From: a virus
Lineage: Duplodnaviria > Caudoviricetes
Length of the DNA stretch: 29,483 nucleotides
Reading direction: 5' to 3' (one strand)
IMG/VR virus record: IMGVR_UViG_3300017912_001072
Location: 1 to 29,483 of that record
The notes under the pieces: generated by a model
Seen by the model: only the letters and a program-made list of their open reading frames with translations
What the model was told of the DNA's origin: nothing
Database searches by the model: none
Position numbers and translations under genes: made by a program
In this document: piece after piece, positions 26,971 to 29,483 of the stretch
Layout: every line of letters starts with the position of its first letter
How positions within the stretch are numbered: position 1 is the stretch's first letter

Positions 26971-28293
26971 ATGGGAGAAATAAGAACAAAACAACTAGAA
27001 ACTCTACAGAGATTCAACACTGAAAATATTAAATTTAAAGAATTTGATAAAGATGGTAATTATAATAGGCTTTATGTAGAGAATGTAATGGTAGAAACAC
27101 CAACAACTCTTAGACCTATAGATGATTCTATAGTGACTGAATATCTTAGACCACTAAAAAAAGTATCTATTCAAGTACCAGTAAAAGAGAGGAATTTTAC
27201 TACAGAGGATCCAACTTTTAAATATGGTGGTTATCATTTTACATTCCATAATAATGTAAATGTAGTCGCATCATCAGCATTAAATAGTAGCTCACATACT
27301 TCAATACATGGTAAAAGCTCACTGACTGGAGATTTTTGTTTACAAGATACAAGCTCAGCTTTTAAAATGGTAGCGCCTACAGCCAATAAAATCCAAAATA
27401 ATTTAATAGAAAGCGTAGCCACTACAGCAAGTCATCACAAAGTAAGCTCTAGTAATGAGTTTGAGGTAGGGTTTTCTTACTTTGTTGGTCATGATAACCC
27501 AACTGCTGATTATTATTTTGTTACAGTAGCTAGGGTAATTAAGAACGATAATAGTGGACAGTTTTATTTCCATGTAGACAAAAATAGGTGGGAGGACTTT
27601 TCTAGTGTAGCTCCAGATGTGGCTCAAGTACCTTTTTTACATTTTACAGATAGAGTAAAAAATTCAAAAACAAATCAGTGGAATAATTATAGAAAAAAAT
27701 ATCCGCCAGTAGATGATGCTAATAATTTTGAAAATAAAGTAGAGTTTTTAATTTATTCAATTTCATACAACACAACATCTGACAGAGATACGCATCAAAC
27801 AGTCTTACTAGATAATATATTTGTAGCCAACTGTTTAGATTATGGAGATAATTTAATTATTGAAAGAACACAAACAGCATCAAATACACTTACTGGGGTT
27901 TATGAAGTGGAGGATATTCCTTTTTGTAATGAGCTTAACAACACTGTTTATGACAACGGAATAGAAGGCGAATACTTTAGTAGGCATGACGGAAGGGGTA
28001 ACAAAGGATCCCTTGAGGAAATAGTTAGTCAAGAATATCTAAATGATTATAGAAATTTTTTAGTTAAATATGAAGGTACTTTCTATAGTCATAATCCACT
28101 ACCAGATCCAATAAAAATGTTTAATAGAGTTTGGTTTAATTTTAAATATTCAGCTGAAACATTTATTAATCCATGTACAGCCGCAATAGATTCAATGGTT
28201 TATGATGTTAAAAAAAACACCTATGAAATGAATCTACATTTACCAAATCAAGATGATAATGTAGCTAGTAGCTTTCAAATTACTTACGATTAA
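26971..28293 (+). CDS. putative tail structural protein
   Basis: Beta-rich 440 aa; last gene of the tail operon. Confidence 0.6.
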   Translation: MGEIRTKQLETLQRFNTENIKFKEFDKDGNYNRLYVENVMVETPTTLRPIDDSIVTEYLRPLKKVSIQVPVKERNFTTEDPTFKYGGYHFTFHNNVNVVASSALNSSSHTSIHGKSSLTGDFCLQDTSSAFKMVAPTANKIQNNLIESVATTASHHKVSSSNEFEVGFSYFVGHDNPTADYYFVTVARVIKNDNSGQFYFHVDKNRWEDFSSVAPDVAQVPFLHFTDRVKNSKTNQWNNYRKKYPPVDDANNFENKVEFLIYSISYNTTSDRDTHQTVLLDNIFVANCLDYGDNLIIERTQTASNTLTGVYEVEDIPFCNELNNTVYDNGIEGEYFSRHDGRGNKGSLEEIVSQEYLNDYRNFLVKYEGTFYSHNPLPDPIKMFNRVWFNFKYSAETFINPCTAAIDSMVYDVKKNTYEMNLHLPNQDDNVASSFQITYD

Positions 28294-28298
28294 CTTTT

Positions 28299-28329
28299 TT
28301 TGTTTATTCTAAAATAAATTTTATCTTTG
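28299..28329 (+). promoter_or_regulatory. Bacteroidota -33/-7 promoter (TTTG-19 nt-TATCTTTG)
   Basis: Full consensus with canonical spacing, upstream of the HTH/recombination operon. Confidence 0.7.
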
Positions 28330-28345
28330 AGCAAATTATTTGCCA

Positions 28346-28585
28346 ATGAGTAAAGAAAATTTAATATTAGAATTTAAGATTCAGCATTTAAAGCTGGGAC
28401 TTAAAAAGCCAGAGATAGCTAAGGGACTTGGTATATCTCTACCGACACTTAACTCTAGGATCAAAGATCCTCAGAGGTTTACTATTAACAACCTTTTAAA
28501 ACTTAAAAAATTAGGATTTAATCATGACTATTATGGAAAATTATTATCTGGGCTTAAGATCAATCCCAGTAAGAAAACACTTTGA
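28346..28585 (+). CDS. HTH (XRE/Cro-like) DNA-binding protein
   Basis: KPEIAKGLGISLPTLNSRIKDP helix-turn-helix. Confidence 0.75.
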   Translation: MSKENLILEFKIQHLKLGLKKPEIAKGLGISLPTLNSRIKDPQRFTINNLLKLKKLGFNHDYYGKLLSGLKINPSKKTL

Positions 28586-29054
28586 GAAAAAAGGCGGACT
28601 TGATTATCTAAGCTGGGCTAAAGCTTGGGATATGCTCAAAAGAAATTATCCAGATGCTGAATACTGGATAGTAAGAGATGACACCAACAACAATTCAAAC
28701 TATTTTACTAATGGAAATAGTGGATGGGTGACTGTAGTGGTATCTGTAAACAATATTGAGCATTCTGTAGATTTAGCTATCATGGATCATAGAAATAAGC
28801 CTATAGCAAAAGATGAGATTACTTCTGTCGATGTAATGAATACTATTCAGAGGGCGCTTACTAAAGCTGTAGCTATGCATGGTCTAGGGATCATAGCTTG
28901 GACTGGTGAAAAAGATTTTATTTCTGAGCCAGATTTTCAAGATGTATTAAACTCTAAAGACTACAATAAAGCTGTAGATCTTTACAACAATTATCAGTTA
29001 AATAACGAACAATTAGAACAAATTAAAAAACAATTTAAAAAAGAGAAAAAATGA
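28524..29054 (+). CDS. Sak3/DUF1071-like single-strand annealing protein
   Basis: KKGGLDYLSWAKAW..LK..YPDA...IMDHRNK...IQRALTKAVAMHGLG. Confidence 0.82.
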   Translation: MTIMENYYLGLRSIPVRKHFEKKGGLDYLSWAKAWDMLKRNYPDAEYWIVRDDTNNNSNYFTNGNSGWVTVVVSVNNIEHSVDLAIMDHRNKPIAKDEITSVDVMNTIQRALTKAVAMHGLGIIAWTGEKDFISEPDFQDVLNSKDYNKAVDLYNNYQLNNEQLEQIKKQFKKEKK

Positions 29055-29332
29055 GTAACAAACCAGAAAAAACCTATTGGGGTAACATTAAAAAAGAAGG
29101 ACTTGATCAAGTCTTGAAAATTGATGGAGCAGTAACAAAACATGAAAAGTATGGAGAACAAATTAAAGTTAAAGCTGCTCAGTGGGATAGTGGTAATATC
29201 ACTGTCCAGTTTTGGGATCAAAAGAGCAATAAAAATATTGATGTTCTAGTCTTAAGACCACAAACAGATGGAACTTATGGAAGTAATTCAGTAAATTCAC
29301 AAAGTATCTATGATGAGGATACTCCATTTTAA
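29051..29332 (+). CDS. putative single-stranded DNA-binding protein
   Basis: Follows the annealase; acidic C-terminal tip DEDTPF. Confidence 0.55.
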   Translation: MSNKPEKTYWGNIKKEGLDQVLKIDGAVTKHEKYGEQIKVKAAQWDSGNITVQFWDQKSNKNIDVLVLRPQTDGTYGSNSVNSQSIYDEDTPF

Positions 29333-29343
29333 AATCTGATAGA

Positions 29344-29483
29344 ATGATTATTAAAAAAGACACAAATCAAGAATATCATTCTAAAGACTCAATCAGCGCT
29401 AGTGGGCTTAAAGAAATTTGGCTCACTAGCGTTTATGATTATAATAGAAAGGTATATGAGGACAAACCAGCTTATAGGCTGGG
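29344..29483 (+). CDS. RecE/exonuclease VIII-like PD-(D/E)xK protein, truncated by the window end
   Basis: NQEYHSKDSISASGLK...PAYRLG N-terminal motif. Confidence 0.7.
   Translation, partial: MIIKKDTNQEYHSKDSISASGLKEIWLTSVYDYNRKVYEDKPAYRL

Noticed and set aside
28524-28585. Overlap between HTH and annealase genes as a special signal
   Set aside because: Most simply a run-on C-terminus of the HTH ORF; no slippery site or structure evident.
1268-29221. Minus-strand ORFs in the track (e.g. 1268-1564, 7530-7727, 13974-14246, 17286-17540, 18507-18857, 25091-25429)
   Set aside because: They lie mostly antisense to well-supported + strand genes, show no motifs and look like shadow frames.
1-29483. 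tRNA, rRNA, integrase or methyltransferase genes
   Set aside because: None recognised; intergenic gaps are short and explained by promoters and terminators. Lifestyle cannot be determined from this window.

Overview
The window is a 29.5-kb, AT-rich segment of a tailed dsDNA phage of siphovirus type, with essentially all genes on the + strand. Gene order: VRR-NUC and PD-(D/E)xK nucleases, Twinkle/T7-gp4-like primase-helicase, terminase subunits, HK97-type portal with a ~320-aa extra C-terminus, MuF protein with a C-terminal HExxH metallopeptidase and a Cys-rich partner, prohead protease, HK97-fold capsid, an island of small genes, a free-standing endonuclease, head-tail/neck genes, lysis cassette, repeat-rich tail fibre, tail tube, frameshifted tail chaperones, tape measure, two tail-tip proteins, then HTH, Sak3-like annealase, SSB-like protein and the start of a RecE-like exonuclease. 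Repeated TAnnTTTG promoter boxes, A-rich leaders without clear Shine-Dalgarno sites and a Q-rule signal peptide point to a Bacteroidota host, probably an aquatic flavobacterium (inference). Most notable observations: (1) no CC[CGT]G/C[ACG]GG tetramer found by eye in the whole window, with no Pro-Gly dipeptide in any translated protein; (2) a probable overprinted membrane-protein gene inside the endolysin; (3) a multi-domain portal joined in frame, via a single TAG, to a MuF-metallopeptidase toxin and partner; (4) a self-contained small-gene island with duplicated GNRA hairpins. All family assignments are from motif recognition, not database searches, and all counts are manual.
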